Assembly: GCA_013239625.1 (NCBI GenBank)
Contig: MU053629.1
Span: 4,677,567-4,741,566, forward strand
Source of the DNA: Lama guanicoe
Taxonomy: Eukaryota
Reading direction: 5' to 3'
Length of the DNA stretch: 64,000 bases
Shown: positions 25,790 through 39,479 of the stretch, one piece after another
How the letters are laid out: each line of letters starts with the position of its first letter
Position numbering within the stretch: the stretch's first letter is position 1
The notes under the pieces: model-generated
What the model was told of the DNA's origin: nothing
What the model saw: the letters and a program-made list of their open reading frames with translations, nothing else
The model's database searches: none
Made by a program: the position numbers and the translations under genes

Positions 25790-26180
25790 TGAGTGTTGGC
25801 TCTTTCAAAGTAGTCACCTTTCATGGTCATACGGTTTATTCCTATTACATGGCTGTTGCTCAAACTGGTTTTAGAATTTAAAAAATTAACCTCAGCACCG
25901 TCATGTCTATCCTTAGTAAGGAACAAAATATTTATTCTTTGAAGGTGGCTTTGGGTTTTGGTAATACCTGTAGACCAATCAGACCTTAGTCAACAAATAA
26001 TTCGCATGATCGAAAAAGCAGAGAAATACAATTTTAAGTTCGAGATAAGAAGCAATTCTAATAAAATTAAATCATTGTCGTCTGTTATTTGAAATGATTC
26101 TAAAGACAGTTCCAAAAAAAGAGTTCAGAAATATTTAAGTAGTGTTAGTGTCTTTGAAATAAATGCACAGCTTCTCGAGA
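25790..26180. mobile_element. MARNA-like (Tc1/mariner non-autonomous) relic
   Basis: ttcaaagtagtcacc...tgctcaaactggttttagaa on the left and a degenerate inverted counterpart gagttcagaaatattt...gaaataaatgcacagcttc on the right. Confidence 0.5.
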
Positions 26181-27227
26181 TCTAGAAAAGAAATGTCATA
26201 CGCTGAAAAGAACACCGGATTAAGTTGCAATTCTTGGGTCAGTCCCTAGGCTTCTGCTGATTAACTATGTGGCAACATCTTCAGTGAGACTCTGGGGTTC
26301 TAATCTGTAAATGGACTGATATTTCCTTGGCTCCTGCAGCTTCAAAGTTCCTTGATGTGACAATTCTACTTTGAAAATAGTTACAGATACGTGTAAAGGA
26401 TTTCAGGTCTGAGGATGGGCCACATTATGAAACTGCAAAATTTAGCCACTATTTTCTTTAAGTAAATTATGGTACTTTGGGGTTTTTGATCTTATTACTT
26501 TTATCGGTCCTGTTCCTGGTTGAATCATTTTGTTTTCACAGGTGGGCATTCAAAGACCAAAATTAAGTGAGTGGCCAGGAAACACATAGCAGTTTCCAAA
26601 TCAAGCAAAACTGGAAGCTCTAAGAATTCACTTTCCCAATTTCAGACTTAGGTGGATAGTTCCTGCTTCACAGCCTTGAAATGCCATTTTCTCCCTAGTA
26701 GTAGCTCTTCTAACTACGAATGGATGAAAAAAACTAAAAAATAGATGAAAATAATGGCAAAACTTTCGGTTTCATACGGCCCATCCCCTATATCCTGCAA
26801 CTCTTCCTGTAATACTTGTAACCGGAAATTCTACAGAGCTGTGAGCTAGGAACAATTAATATTTTACACGAGGAAGAGCCAGCAGTCTCCTATAGTTGTA
26901 CATCTCAGTCTGGAAGAAATTGTCATACACTTGGACATGTGAGTAATGTCGGTAGAGCTGAGCACATTCCTGGGAGAAACCACATAAGGGTCATGTGTAG
27001 TTGTTAAAGGTAAAATATTTTGTCAGGGATACAACATTGTCTAATGTAAATGTCCATTCTAAATACAACTCTCAATGTAATTACAGCAATAATTTACATC
27101 ATACATTTAAGGTTGTGAGCTTTTTGTATTTGCTGTATACAATTCTGATATTTAGTACTTGTCTGTCTTAAGGAAACCTGCCCTGCATGCAAATCTATAA
27201 CTAGACAAATATTATTTCCTTTCCCAG

Positions 27228-27257
27228 CTTGCTCTTGGGAGGTTTCCATATCCTCAG
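27228..27257 (+). CDS. MAP2K5: MAP2K5 coding microexon (30 nt, about human exon 17): LALGRFPYPQ
   Basis: Acceptor tttcctttcccag|CTT, donor CAG|gtaaga. Continues the MEK5 sequence (GRFPY motif). Confidence 0.97.
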
Positions 27258-29259
27258 GTAAGATTGTTCATTACTGCCGTTTGCCACTGTGACATTCATT
27301 CCTATGTATGAAGGTGCAGGGAGCAATTGTGAACATTTGAGCCACATACAAATAAATCTGTCCTGTTAAATTGAAAAGTGATATCTTAAAGCAGTCGTTT
27401 AGAAGTCTCTATTGATTTTGATTTTTTTTTAAACTCCAGATCTTTCTCCTCTTTGTTAAGGGTTGAAAGCCTTCATCGTTCTCTTCCTTTGTGTGACATG
27501 GGTGATGTTTTTCCTCATCCCAGCCCGGTACCATGTGCTCATACTGAGGGTGAAGGAGAGACACAGCCTTTTCTTTATACACTATTCGAGTGTTTGGATT
27601 CAATTAGTTATTTGAATTAAAGGATTGAGGTAAAGGGTGAAAATGTCTAATCTAGGTCATTATTTTTTGCAAATATTTGCAATTTTATGTGCGTGTGATT
27701 TTGAACATATTCTTATTTTTAAAAGTGCCCTCCCTATCTACATTTCTAAGAAAACAAAGTGTCCATTATGTTACCACTGCTGATGATAATCTTTATAGTA
27801 ATTTCTTTAAGACTTTTATTACAGAAGGGTGCTCCACTTAAAATATAAAGCTGTTTTGTGGTTTGAAAATGATTCCCCAGTGTGTGGGGGGAAATAAGTG
27901 AAATGTCTAGAGGGATGAAAAATGAATGATTTGACTGTTTTCCTCTGGTTGACGCTCACAGTTTTTCTGGCATCTTGGTCTGTACAGGCCAAAGTGCCCG
28001 GAGGCATGTCTGATTTAAAGGTGGTGTTGGTCTCTGCTCTTTAAGCATCTATTAACTTGCTATTATTATGCAAATAAGTGTTGTATTACACATACTAATT
28101 TATGCATGGTTAGATTATGCAGATGCATCACAAACATGGTTATTGAATAATGGGATGGGGCTCATTCTCTCTACCATCGTTATAAGCAGTTTTAAACAAA
28201 TTCTCCTGGTACCCATGTGGACGTTTAAAGACCCTTCACACGCTGAAATGTCTCTTTTGTATCCTTTTTCTTTTACAGTTAAAGCCATCAGATAAGCGCG
28301 AGAGAAATCGTCCAGGTTGTTAGGTTCGAGGGTGTCAGTCTCACCTTTCAAATTTGTAGGCTTCTTTGTTTAAACATAATCTTTCCCTTAAAGAGAAAAT
28401 CTAAAATGTAATGGCTTGGCACGCATGCTTGCATCTAGTGAGATTTTAGTGTAGACAGCCTTGCTGCTTAGCTCTAGGTAGCCCATCAAATTAAAATCAC
28501 ATTTTCAGGATTTATAGCTCATTAGAATATTTATCTTGGTAAGCCTCTTATTCTGTCAGTAATTTTTAAACAATTCACTGTTTGGCCAATTTGTGTAATC
28601 CCCTTAATTTTGTAAATAAGAAGCACAGTGCAGCATGTCTCTCAAACAAGTCTTAGTAGAAAACTTGCAAGCCATCTGTTTTAAAAAATGCCAAAGGTTG
28701 AGAATGTCGCTGTATTCTTGAGTTTCCTAATGCCTAGCGTCCTTAATCAGCGAGATTTGCCAAGTGATAAGTCTAAGAAAAAGATCGCCGTTGCATTTGA
28801 CAAATGCAGCTTTTAAAGGCTCTGGTCGAAATTGGGAAGAGCCTGTCTACCTTTGCAGCATTGTTTTCTGGAATGTTTAAAGTATACATTTACTTAATCA
28901 GTCAAGTGGAAGTTGGAAAATTCTAATGCGCTGGACTCCCAAGTTAGCAAGCACCGTTATGCCAGAGTTGGGGGTGGGTGCGGACTGTATTCCTTGAGTC
29001 GTGATAGAATATTGTCACCAAATTGGGAATTGTATTTCAAATAATAGAAGCAGCTTTGACACCATCAGGCCTGTTTCCCAGGTCTTTCAACAGAAGTTTG
29101 TGCACTTCATTGCTCTTGGTGGAGTTGGCATTTATTTTACAGGCTTTGTGCTGTAGACTGAAGATTGGGAAAGGGTACTTTCTAAATTCCTTTCCTGCCC
29201 TTCCCTTTTGCCCTCAAATAAAAGACATGAAGAAAAACGTTTATTTCTATAGTATCGCA

Positions 29260-30000
29260 GAGCCTGGATTATGAAATGGCCCATATTATTTCACTTGAAC
29301 CCCCAAACACTGTGAGATGGCCTTCTCACACAGGTTGGGCAAACAGAATGGCTCACGTGCTTACTGTTGTGCTGTGGCCGGTGTGGTGTCGCAGAATCCC
29401 AAGTGGAATAGGCAGGAGTGAATCACAGACTCAGGATGGGCAAAGGATCCCAGACATCGTTGAATCAAACCTTTCAACTCTATCTCTAAAAAGCAACCAG
29501 TTGGACAGCTCCAGTGATAGGAAACTCACTAGCATACAGGGCAGCCATGGAATCAGAGCTCCATGTACCGGGCTGAGGACTGCCTCATCTTAACTGCTGC
29601 CTTGCTGGTCTGGTCCTTGAACACGTGAAGGCTTTCCATATAACCTTAAGATCTCATAGTTTTGTACCCCTTCTGTGCCCAGGGCTGGGGGTAGTGCCAG
29701 GGTATTGCTACTCTGAGCTCAGAGTCAAATCAGGGCACCAGATCTCAGCTCTCTTCACTAGTGGCAAACTCAGAAGCCTGGCCTGTGTGAAAGAACTCTG
29801 GACCAGGAGCCAGAAGGTGAGGATGAGAATGCAGCTGTAGCACACGCTGTCACTGCAGGCCTGAATTCTTGCTTTGTAACTCCTTGAGGCCGGTTTCCTC
29901 ATCTCTAAAACAACATCCTGGTGCCTCCCTTTCCCATCTGATTAGAAGTATGAAGATAAAATGCGATTTAGGGTATAAAACCACTTGGGAAAGTACAAAG
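29260..30000. mobile_element. Cluster of MIR (-), L3/CR1 (-) and MIR (+) fragments
   Basis: MIR-like 29260-29430; cagctccagtgataggaaactcact (L3-like); ccggtttcctcatctctaaaa (MIR core). Confidence 0.5.
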
Positions 30001-33000
30001 GGCCGCCCCACTGGCCCTGACGTTGGGCTGCGGCACAGAACAGAATTTCTAGTCGTCACCCGAAGGTTGCGAAAGGACGTGCTCAGCAACCTGCCAGCTG
30101 CAGCTGGAGCAGGGTGTCAGACGAGCAGGGGGGAGGAGTGGGGCCGAGAGGCCAGCTTCCAGACTCGTCCCCTCCCCAGCCCAGTGTCAGTGCTGCTGAC
30201 AGCGTCGTTAGCAGCGTCTCTTCCCGCCGGTGACACAGTGTGTATCCGGTGGGGATGCAGATGAGAGGGGGGGCTGTTGGGAAGGTGTCCGGGAGAGTCG
30301 GTGGCTTGGGGCCAACATAAAGGGTTAAAGGACTAGAGTTTTGTTGAGATGATCATTCTCCATGAATCTCATTGTTTGGGGAAGTTGGGTTTTCATTTGT
30401 TGTTTGAGAGAACTGTCTTAGTTTTCCTTAGGCCTTAAGGTTGCATAGCCTCATTGGCATGCAGTTTAGAACTGTATGGAAAAAAATTAGAAAGGTTAGG
30501 AGCCGCTGTAAATGCACAGTCTTATTGCTATGGCTTATAATAGGAAGAACAGTGATGCCTTAGAGTCATCCAGCACCTTTCTGACGTCAAACTCCAGAGC
30601 ACCTTCCGTTATCTGACTCAGGCTGTATCTCCCACCTGCGGGGACGATTATTTCCAGCCTCCAGGTGAGCAGATGGAGTCTCAGAGAGATGAGGCGCCCT
30701 GCCTGGGCCCAGGTAGATCTAGGACTTGTAGGCAGCCAAACCAGGTGACGGGCTCCGTGTACTGTGAATTTGCTTGGCTGTTGGTACCTGCTCAGCCCCA
30801 CCGAGCCTTTCCCCTGGCTTGCCTCCTCGGCCCTCAGGAGGCCTCTTGTGTGGATGAGGAAGGCTGAACATCGGAGGGCTGTGCCACCCATGGTGGGTGA
30901 CGAGACCATCCCCTCGAGCCCTTTCGCTTTGCTTACCATGTGTTTAGCAGACTGACACAGGGGTTTGGAAGGCCCCAGAGCTCTCAATGACCCCGGTGCC
31001 ATTTTCTGGGTCCCCATGAAACATATTCTGCAATGTAAAACAGTGTAATGAAAAATTGTTTTTATGATATCTGGCAGACAGATACTATCTCAATTTCTTG
31101 AACAATTTAGCATTAATAGTAATCGGGAAAGATGTGCAGGTCCGGACGAGGACTGGAACCGTGTATAGTTAGTCATGAAGATCCAAATCCACTTGACCTA
31201 AAAAACATGATGGTGGGCGATGGTTTGTTTAATGACACCATAATTTAGGAGACATGGAAAAGATTGCTTGCTAAAAATTGTCATCCTTCATTCAAACTCT
31301 GCAACAGGGCCCCTGCATTAGGATGATAGTAAATCCATTAAGGAGACTTCTCAGGAGATGTGCCAGCTCTGGCATTTGGAAATTTGGTAAGCAAGCTGCC
31401 ACAGGAAAGTGAGGATAATATAGATACAAATGTACTTAAGGGACTTTTGCATGTATAAAATGTTCTTCTTTTGGCTACATTTCCCGATCTTGTTTAATAA
31501 ATTACATCAAAATGACCTGAAGTTAAAAAGGGGGGGAGGAATCTGAGCAAATAGTGCCCCTGGTATTGTAAAGCTTTGAATGTTTTCACACCCCATTAAT
31601 TTATTACTTCTCTTTCTTCATCTTTAAATTTCATTTTTTTTTTCAAAAATTCCGACTCCCCGCTGCGGCAGTGATTTTCATCTTGTTGTTAATTTTCCCC
31701 GCTCCATATGGAGCTCCAGACATTTCACCTGGAGGCTGCACTAGATTTTGCTGTAGTGATCGTACTTCCGGAGGCCAGAACTGTCATTTAGGGTTCCTGG
31801 TGCATCTGTCTGCGCCAGGCTTTTCACTGGCATGGGAGAGTGTGAATAACAAATTGGATGCACCTGAGATTCAGATGATTAGTGTGTTTTGCGAATCTCC
31901 ACGACTTGTAAGCGGATAGCTCTGGGGGGCTTGCGAGGGCGCAACCGAGTGTGGGTGAATCTGTACTCACGCCTTGCATTTGGGGCTTTGCGAGGGGAGT
32001 GCAAACGTCCTAGGCAGGCTGAGTGCAGAGAGAGTAACAAATATTTCATCCTGCCTTGTCATTGATTAGAAAAGAGCCTTTAATTTCATTTCACCCCATG
32101 TTGTGATTAATTTGCATTCTTTGTCAGAAGTTAATGGAGTTTTTTATGGTTCACTCTGAAATCCTTGAAGACATCAGACTTGATCTGATGTTTATACAAC
32201 CGCCAGCGGAATTTTTTCGTTTGATTGATGGCAAGCTAGATGTTATTCCAAACGGCTTTTTAAGCTGTTTTTAAGAATTATTTGAATAAAATGCAAGCAA
32301 GATATTGTTGTAACGATCAAGATTATCTGTTAAAAATCTGTTTCAAATAAAGAAGATGATAAGTAGTAAAAAGGATCAAAAACATGAGCGATAGTCAACA
32401 GTGGTGTTATTTGTTAAAAATACAAAAGAATGGCTTTCAAGTAAATTATTACAATATATAGAAATCACATTTGTTGAAAAATATATATATAACATCATCT
32501 AGCCAAACAGAATAATTAAAGCCAAGGTAAAAAGAAAGTCTGGATTTTGGGGATTAAAAGCCTCTACCATCAATTGGCTAATTCTTCTTTATTCTGGCAG
32601 CTTTTGCCACCAGTGCACGAAACAGAGATCTACTGTTCTTAACTCAAGGAGACAGGGTCTGTCAGGCCTGTTAGCTGAACAAAATGATGACATATTACTT
32701 GTCTCAATAAAGAGGCATTCTTAAATCCCAATACAAGTTAAACATAAGTGGATAATAGAGGGTTTTAAGTGAAAGACGTGTGCTCTTAGCAGTATAATGA
32801 CTGGCATTTTCACAAGATGGTACAGAAATGAAGATACTCTGTTGTTAAAAGGCAAAACACCCCCAACTTGTTCATGGTTAAGAGAAATGTGTGTTCCCCC
32901 CACCCCTGCACACTGTATATCAAAGTATGAAGGAAGCTGTAGGTGGCGTTTGCTCGGAACCCCCTGCTACTCACCGAGGAAATACGTTGTGCGATTGCCT

Positions 33001-34499
33001 TTTGATTACTAATACCATTTGTTTCATTGGGGGGCTTTGCCTTGCTTCAGCTGATTCTCACTTCGCTGTGTTTGCTGCTAGCAAGACTTACTGATAGGTC
33101 AAAAAGCTACTTATCTGAGCACTTTAATTTAAAGCAGATTAATTTATTTGCTGTATCTGAAAGTTTGCTAAATAATTGGGTGGCTTTAATTGAAGTTACT
33201 GCTTTCTGATCCTTGTATTAACATGATCTAAGGTCCTTTTTATTATATGCAATCCATATTATTGACCAAAATTGCCCTGTTTTCATTTAAGTGTAAGCAA
33301 CTTGTCAAGTAGAAAATATTTTAACTTGGCTTGGAAACCTGCTATTTTAATGTGTGTGAGTTTTTTTTTTTTTCTAATTGACAGACTGTCTTTTAAGCAT
33401 ACATTTATTTTGTAGTAATAAATTGTGCTCTGGATAGAGTATTTGTCTCCTAATAGAGTAAAAGTGTATGTTCTTAAAACTATTTTAAATATTAAACATT
33501 TTTCAAAAATTAATGTCACAATACTGGAGTTTTTACTCCTAATTTTATTCATGTTTTAAAACCTTTTGAGTTTATTGTTACTAATCCTAATTTTGATCAT
33601 TTAATTTTTTTATATTCAGTGTTATATTGAGACTGTAGATAACATTGTCTTATTTATGTATTAATGTACTGATTATGCCTAGACCAACCTAGATTTGCAA
33701 AATAAAACCTAAAAAGTTTGCCTGCTTTGAAAAGAGGTGTTTGGAATCTATCCCTTGTTGAATGAACTTTTTGAAATGTGAACATCAAGGATTTTAGTAA
33801 ATTGTAAGTATCCATTTTTTTGTGTGAGATCTCTGGTCCAAGAGAAAAACAGCAGTGGGTTAATTACCCCAGCTTCAAGTACTAACCTTTAATTGGCAAG
33901 AGTCCAAGAGTGACATGCATGTGGTTTGGTTTCGTTTCGTTTTGTTTTCCCAGATAGATACGTAGCCTACGTGTTTTACTTCGTTGTTTCTTTTTGCCCT
34001 CACTATTTAGGATATAGGCATTTAAAATATACTGATATTGCCAGCCATAAAATCAGATTCTATGTTCCATAAAATGCTGAGGTGAAATTTAAGTGATTTG
34101 AAGATGTTCACTTATACACCTTTGCTTCTTCCCAGGAATTTTTTAATTGCCTGTGTCAAGTTCTTCTCCCAATGTCTATCTCATACTTATCAAGAGATCT
34201 CATAATATTTTTTTGCTTAGCCTATGCCAATGACAGGAGGTGGTTTCCCAGTACATCTTTAAAATAGAGCAGAAATGGAAGAGAAATCATCCCGAAATTG
34301 TGGGTGGCTTAGAAATGTGGAACTTTCCATGAAAGATAAATTACTTGTTAATACCTTGATTAAGGTGTATGTAGTTAGCCGGCTAGGTTAGTGATCCCTT
34401 TCTGTTTTGTTTTGTTTTGTTTTGTTTGAGCACTGACCCAATGTTGGTTTGATTTTATAGTACCTTCTAGACTATTGTAGGACATAGATCTCAATTTAA

Positions 34500-35100
34500 T
34501 TCTTCGTGTACTTGTCATTGCGTATCTACTCTGTCCCAGCACTGTGCTAAGCTCTGGGAGCAGAGAAATGAAACAGATGTGGTCCCTGCTCTCAGAGTCC
34601 AGTGGGAAGAGAAACATCAAACAGACCAATGGCAGCTGATGTAAAAAGACCCCTACAGGAGGTGGTATGCTCTGACCTCGAGATTAAGAGGTCAGCTCCC
34701 TTTAGGAAGCCGTGGGTTCACAGACTAGATGATGCTTGAGCTGAGGCTCTGAGGCGAGAAGGATGGAAAAGAACTTTCCAGGCATTCTAGTCAAAAGGAG
34801 ACTCCTCGGTAAAAGCTAAAGGTCTGAAGCAACACGTTGCATTAGGCATCCTTGCTGTACTTCTGCTCAGTAGGTTCGGACTGAGTGTTACTTTCATCTC
34901 CCTCCCAGTTTGGGAATTTCGTGACTTTTAAAGCAACACTAGAAGGGACGGCAGGAAGGGGAGGGAAGAACGATAGAGGAGAGAGGTGGTGTATCAGGCA
35001 AGTATAGCAGAGAGCAGATAATGAAATTGGGCTTGAGAATTTCATGAATCCCCCTGAGATGACTGAGAGCCAGTCTGAGGTTGGAAATCATTGCATTTTA
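34500..35100 (-). mobile_element. L2 fragment
   Basis: ctactctgtcccagcactgtgctaagctctggg...ggtccctgctctcagag and downstream L2 body. Confidence 0.7.
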
Positions 35101-37167
35101 AGATTCCTGCCGCTAAGGTCAGTTGACACATGCCTCTGAGGGGTTCCCTGCCACCCTTTATGAATTTGACGTGGCACATCATAGGACATTTCCTGGACTT
35201 GCCAGCGTGTGTGGGGTTGTCATGATCAAATGAACGAATACCTAAGAGAGCACTTTGAACAATACGAGGTGGTAAACAAGAGAGAGGCAATATTAGTGTT
35301 ACTTATATTTCCAGAAAGTACGTTGGGGATTTACCTATGTAACTCTGAAAATATATGACCATGTCTCACACCAGGTAGGACTAAAATGAATTACTTTTCT
35401 GATCCCATAAGAGCCTTCCTTTACAGTCTTTCTTTTTTGAGTTGTAATACATCATTCGCAATCACAATCACTAATAATATACAAAATCTAGTCTTTTTTA
35501 ATCCAGTAACTGGGGACCATGATTCTTTCATAATTTTTAAGTGATCAGGTGAGCCCAGAAATAGAATTGAAGTTTGAAGTAATGAACTTGGTGCCCAGCT
35601 TGGCTTTCAGGGGCAACTTTGCTGTCTTCTTTCCCTCTCGGACTCTGTGGTCGGGGAGGCCTTCCATTTGTGCCCAGGTGGTTTCGTTGGCACTGTCTGC
35701 TACTGCATGGAATCATAGGGTTTCAGGATGTGAAGACAGTGGTCTGGTCCAACTCCTTTATTTTCTTAGAGGGGGAAATGGGGGCCCATAGCCATTTAAT
35801 GACTCACTGACAATTACCGCATATTTGGCAACAGGGTCAGACTGTCTCCCCGTCTAGGGGGTGGGGCAGGGGGAGAAAGTGAGATAAGGCACCCAGAGGC
35901 TTTGAGCCCAAGCAGCTCTCCTTAGCTTACACACCCATCCACTCAAGCACTGCCTCCAACTGGTGTGTCTGCGGAGATGGAAATTACTGTCCCAGGATGC
36001 TCCGTGCCTGCCAGGTAATTGCTGATGGATATGGATCCCTGGGGGGGAAGTGGTCCCCAGCAGCAGTAGTAGCAGCAGCAACAGACAAAGACATCAGCTT
36101 TTATTGTACTCCAGTGTTTTGCTTATCACCGTTCAGTATAGAAAACGTGGGTAGATTTGGGGCTAGGGGCTCATTGGCATCCAAGTTTAAAAGGGGGCAG
36201 ACCTGGCCAAGCTTTGTTTGAGTACAGAGTACTTTTTAGATGTTTAACAGTTCTGGATTAATGCTTAGGGGGTTTGGGAATTCTTCTTCAACTAAAATGT
36301 TAATGATGCTAAGAACCCAACCCTCTTTAGTGCCAATAAAACAGACAAGCTAAGTTCATTGAAAAATCAATGAGTTGCCTAAAAGAAGCAAAGAGCTGAT
36401 TCGATTTAGGACTGGAGATTGCCCAGGACACACCAGGTGGAAAGAGGGTCCCAGAGACCATGAGGAGCTAAGAAAGGAGGCAGTTCATCTGTTTCTGCAC
36501 AGAATCAAGCTGTCATCCCCAAGGAATTGTGGGAGACTGAGCCAACCAGTTAGAACCAATTGTGGACTTTGTGATGGGTGCACTGTCCGGGTCTGTAGGT
36601 GGTGACTGCCATGGGGAGAAGGAGAGGAAAGCTGGGGGATAGCACGGTCTTATGGGAAAGGGAGCTCAGAGGAAGAAAGAAAGAGCAAGTCGGGTAATGG
36701 AGCTTATCTTGTTTTCTGTTCAGAAACGGGTTTCAGAGAGCACCGCTCTGGGCACGAGGAGACCTCGACTCTAGTCCTGGCTCTAGTTTGGTAAAATACC
36801 GTAAATTCCCAGCTAACAGCCTCCCTCCAGCCCCTGCTCTTTGGACAACCCTTTGCTTCCTTAGTAGCCAGGCAGCTGGAAATGCTCAGTGACTCAGGGC
36901 AGAAGTGACAGGGAGGAGGGCAGCAAGTGACACACTCACCCAGCAAGTGACACATTAAATCATTGTCAGTATATAGTTTCTGCCCAGCCCCCCCCCCCCA
37001 CATAGCTAGTCTGAGTTCTGGTCCTGGCTGCTCCTAGTAGTGGTTTGACCTTTTCAGATCTCAGTTTCCTCATCTGGAAAATGATGGAGGTGGTCTAGGT
37101 CAGTGATTTGCAGAATCATATGCAGAGTGAGGGGGGATCCACTCCCGGACACATGCACACAGGAATG

Positions 37168-37188
37168 CACACACACACACACACACAC
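37168..37188. repeat. (CA)n microsatellite
   Basis: Read directly. Confidence 0.9.
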
Positions 37189-38929
37189 AGTATGTTAATT
37201 TTTGAAATGTGTCTAAGTAGTATCTTGTATGAACTAGGAGTTATTTGGTAAACAGAGTGAAAAATGCTGGACCAGATACTTCTGTGGTCTCTTCTCATCT
37301 TCTGTGAGCAATTTCCTCCTCTTTTCCACACTCCCAACCACCTTTCTCGTCATCTCCCCTAGTCCTCTCTTAGAGTCTATTAAAACCGTATTTTACCTAT
37401 GTCAAAATAGGAGGTGTGAACCAAAACTGAACAGAAGTCAAACTTTGTTCAGTTCATTCTAGATCCATGACTTCTTTTCTTTAAATCTGTTTTAAATTTA
37501 CAGTCAAGCCAGTAAGACATGTGTTAATTAACACAGTTCTATGTAATTCTATTTCAAGATTCTCTCCTTCCTAATCCCGTGCAAACCATGTATTGGCCGC
37601 AGTTGTAGTTTATCTCAAAATCTCAGCAGGCCAAACAATGTTGTCAGCTATCGGCTATATCATGGTTTAAAAAAAAAAAAAAGGCAGCTCTATGTGGAGG
37701 CTTAGCTCATAAAGAAAACCTTCCTTGCAGTACCTAAAAACATCACTTTTAGGGGGGGGAGTAGGGGGCTGTCTTAGAAATTTACAGCACCCTGAATCCA
37801 GTGAATAGTATTTTGTCCAAATATTCAGTGGCATTTAGAGGAGAGTGTAAGTCCTGTGTTTAAGTCTCAGCTCTGCCACTAAAATCAGGAAATTTAGTAA
37901 GTCACTTCGTTTTTGTGGACCAGTGAGTATATCGTATCCATCATCTGGGTTCTGGAGTCTAGAACAGTGCCTGGCATAGAGTAAGTACTTCCTAAACATA
38001 TAAGAATTGATGAGTTAATCATTGAGTCTAGTTTCATTGTTTTGATGTTGGCACAGCACATTTTAGAAACAAAAGAAACTAAGAATCAATACACTTCCTT
38101 AGGCTTTACATGAATAATTTTGTCCCCTTTCTTTCCTTCCATGTTGATGCTTCCACTCTACCCTGCCAGCATTAATACTTGAGGAATTCAAGCTTCCAAG
38201 GAAATTTGATAGTTGTCTTCACATATTTGAGGATTCTCTGCAAAAAAAAAAAAATGTGGATTTGTACTGTGGGGAGGTTAGGACTGGAACAGGAAGTAGA
38301 ATGGACAGAAGACCCAAGCTCCCCTTCATTGTAAAGCTTTAGACAGAAGCCTGGTCAGCAGGGGTGTAAATGAAGGAAGAATTCAGAGGTCAGACAGGAG
38401 TGGAAAGCTAGGTCAGGTGTAAAAACCTTTCCGATCCTTTCAGACACCAGGAGTCTATGAGGCTACTTCAGTGCTGGGCAGGCCTCCCCCCTCAGGCAAA
38501 CTAATAAAAAGCTGATGCAGTGTCTGTCAGTTACAGGGGGCAGGGGGGGGGACAACAGATAGAAACTTTATCAGACTCGTCTAGATTCTGTGATTGATTT
38601 AATCATCCGCTCTTTTTTTTTTTTTCCGACTCTCAAATACCGTCAACATGAAACACATAAGAAATAGAAGAGTACAGGAAAGATGTAGTTCTTTTTCAGC
38701 CCAAGACTTGTGTACATCTCTGTTTCTCTGTGTTGAGCCAGCTGCGTGATATGGCTCTCAAAAATGAGAATGCGCGTGCAGCCTCCATGAGATTCTACTA
38801 AACAGTGTATAGTGTCCAGAACAAGGTGATCTGAGCGAGTCCGAGGTCTGTGTTCAGGTGTGGGTGTCAGACTTGATGGGGAATGGACACATATGGCACC
38901 ACGTCTAGAGACAGGTGAGGAGGAGAATG

Positions 38930-39430
38930 AAGTCAGTCCTGGGAGCTTTCTGGTTCAGGTAACAGAAAGCCTGCCTCACAAGGGGAGCTGATTGACTTGC
39001 ATGACCAAAAAGTTAAGTATTGCTGGTGTTAGGAAGATCTTTATCCAGCAGATCATTTTGGGCTTCATTCTTAATAGGCTTCTCTCTTCACAGAGCAAGA
39101 GTGGCTCTTGGGGGTCCTGGGGGTGACCTGTCTGCTCCGAAGGTCACCTCACCTGGAGGTTTACCTTCCCGGTTTAGAAGGGAAGGGCAGATCTCTTTTC
39201 CCCGCAGGCAGCCAGAGGCCCTAGGCTTCCGTTTGATTGGACCAGTTTAACTCCCCGCACCCAGGGCGTTCAGATGATGCTGGCTAGTTGAAGCCTGAAC
39301 CACGTGCCCCACCCCTAAAGCTGAAGGTGCAGCCATCTTCCCATGAAGCACGTGGCTGCTTAGGGCCAGGGGAGTGTTGTTAGAGTGCCGCTACTAACGG
39401 AAGGGAGAAGGATGGAGGGCAACCAAACAC
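38930..39430. mobile_element. MaLR LTR relic (MLT1K/L-like)
   Basis: agtcag...tttctggttcaggtaacagaaagcc...ttgattggacc...cacgtgccccacccct. Confidence 0.6.
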
Positions 39431-39479
39431 AGCACGTGATCCTGGGAAGGAAATAGGATGTTCGTTCCGGAAAGAAGAC

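Noticed and set aside
32935..32952. CTCF-like motif gctgtaggtggcg
   Set aside because: Only a partial match; it cannot be supported without PWM scoring or ChIP data.
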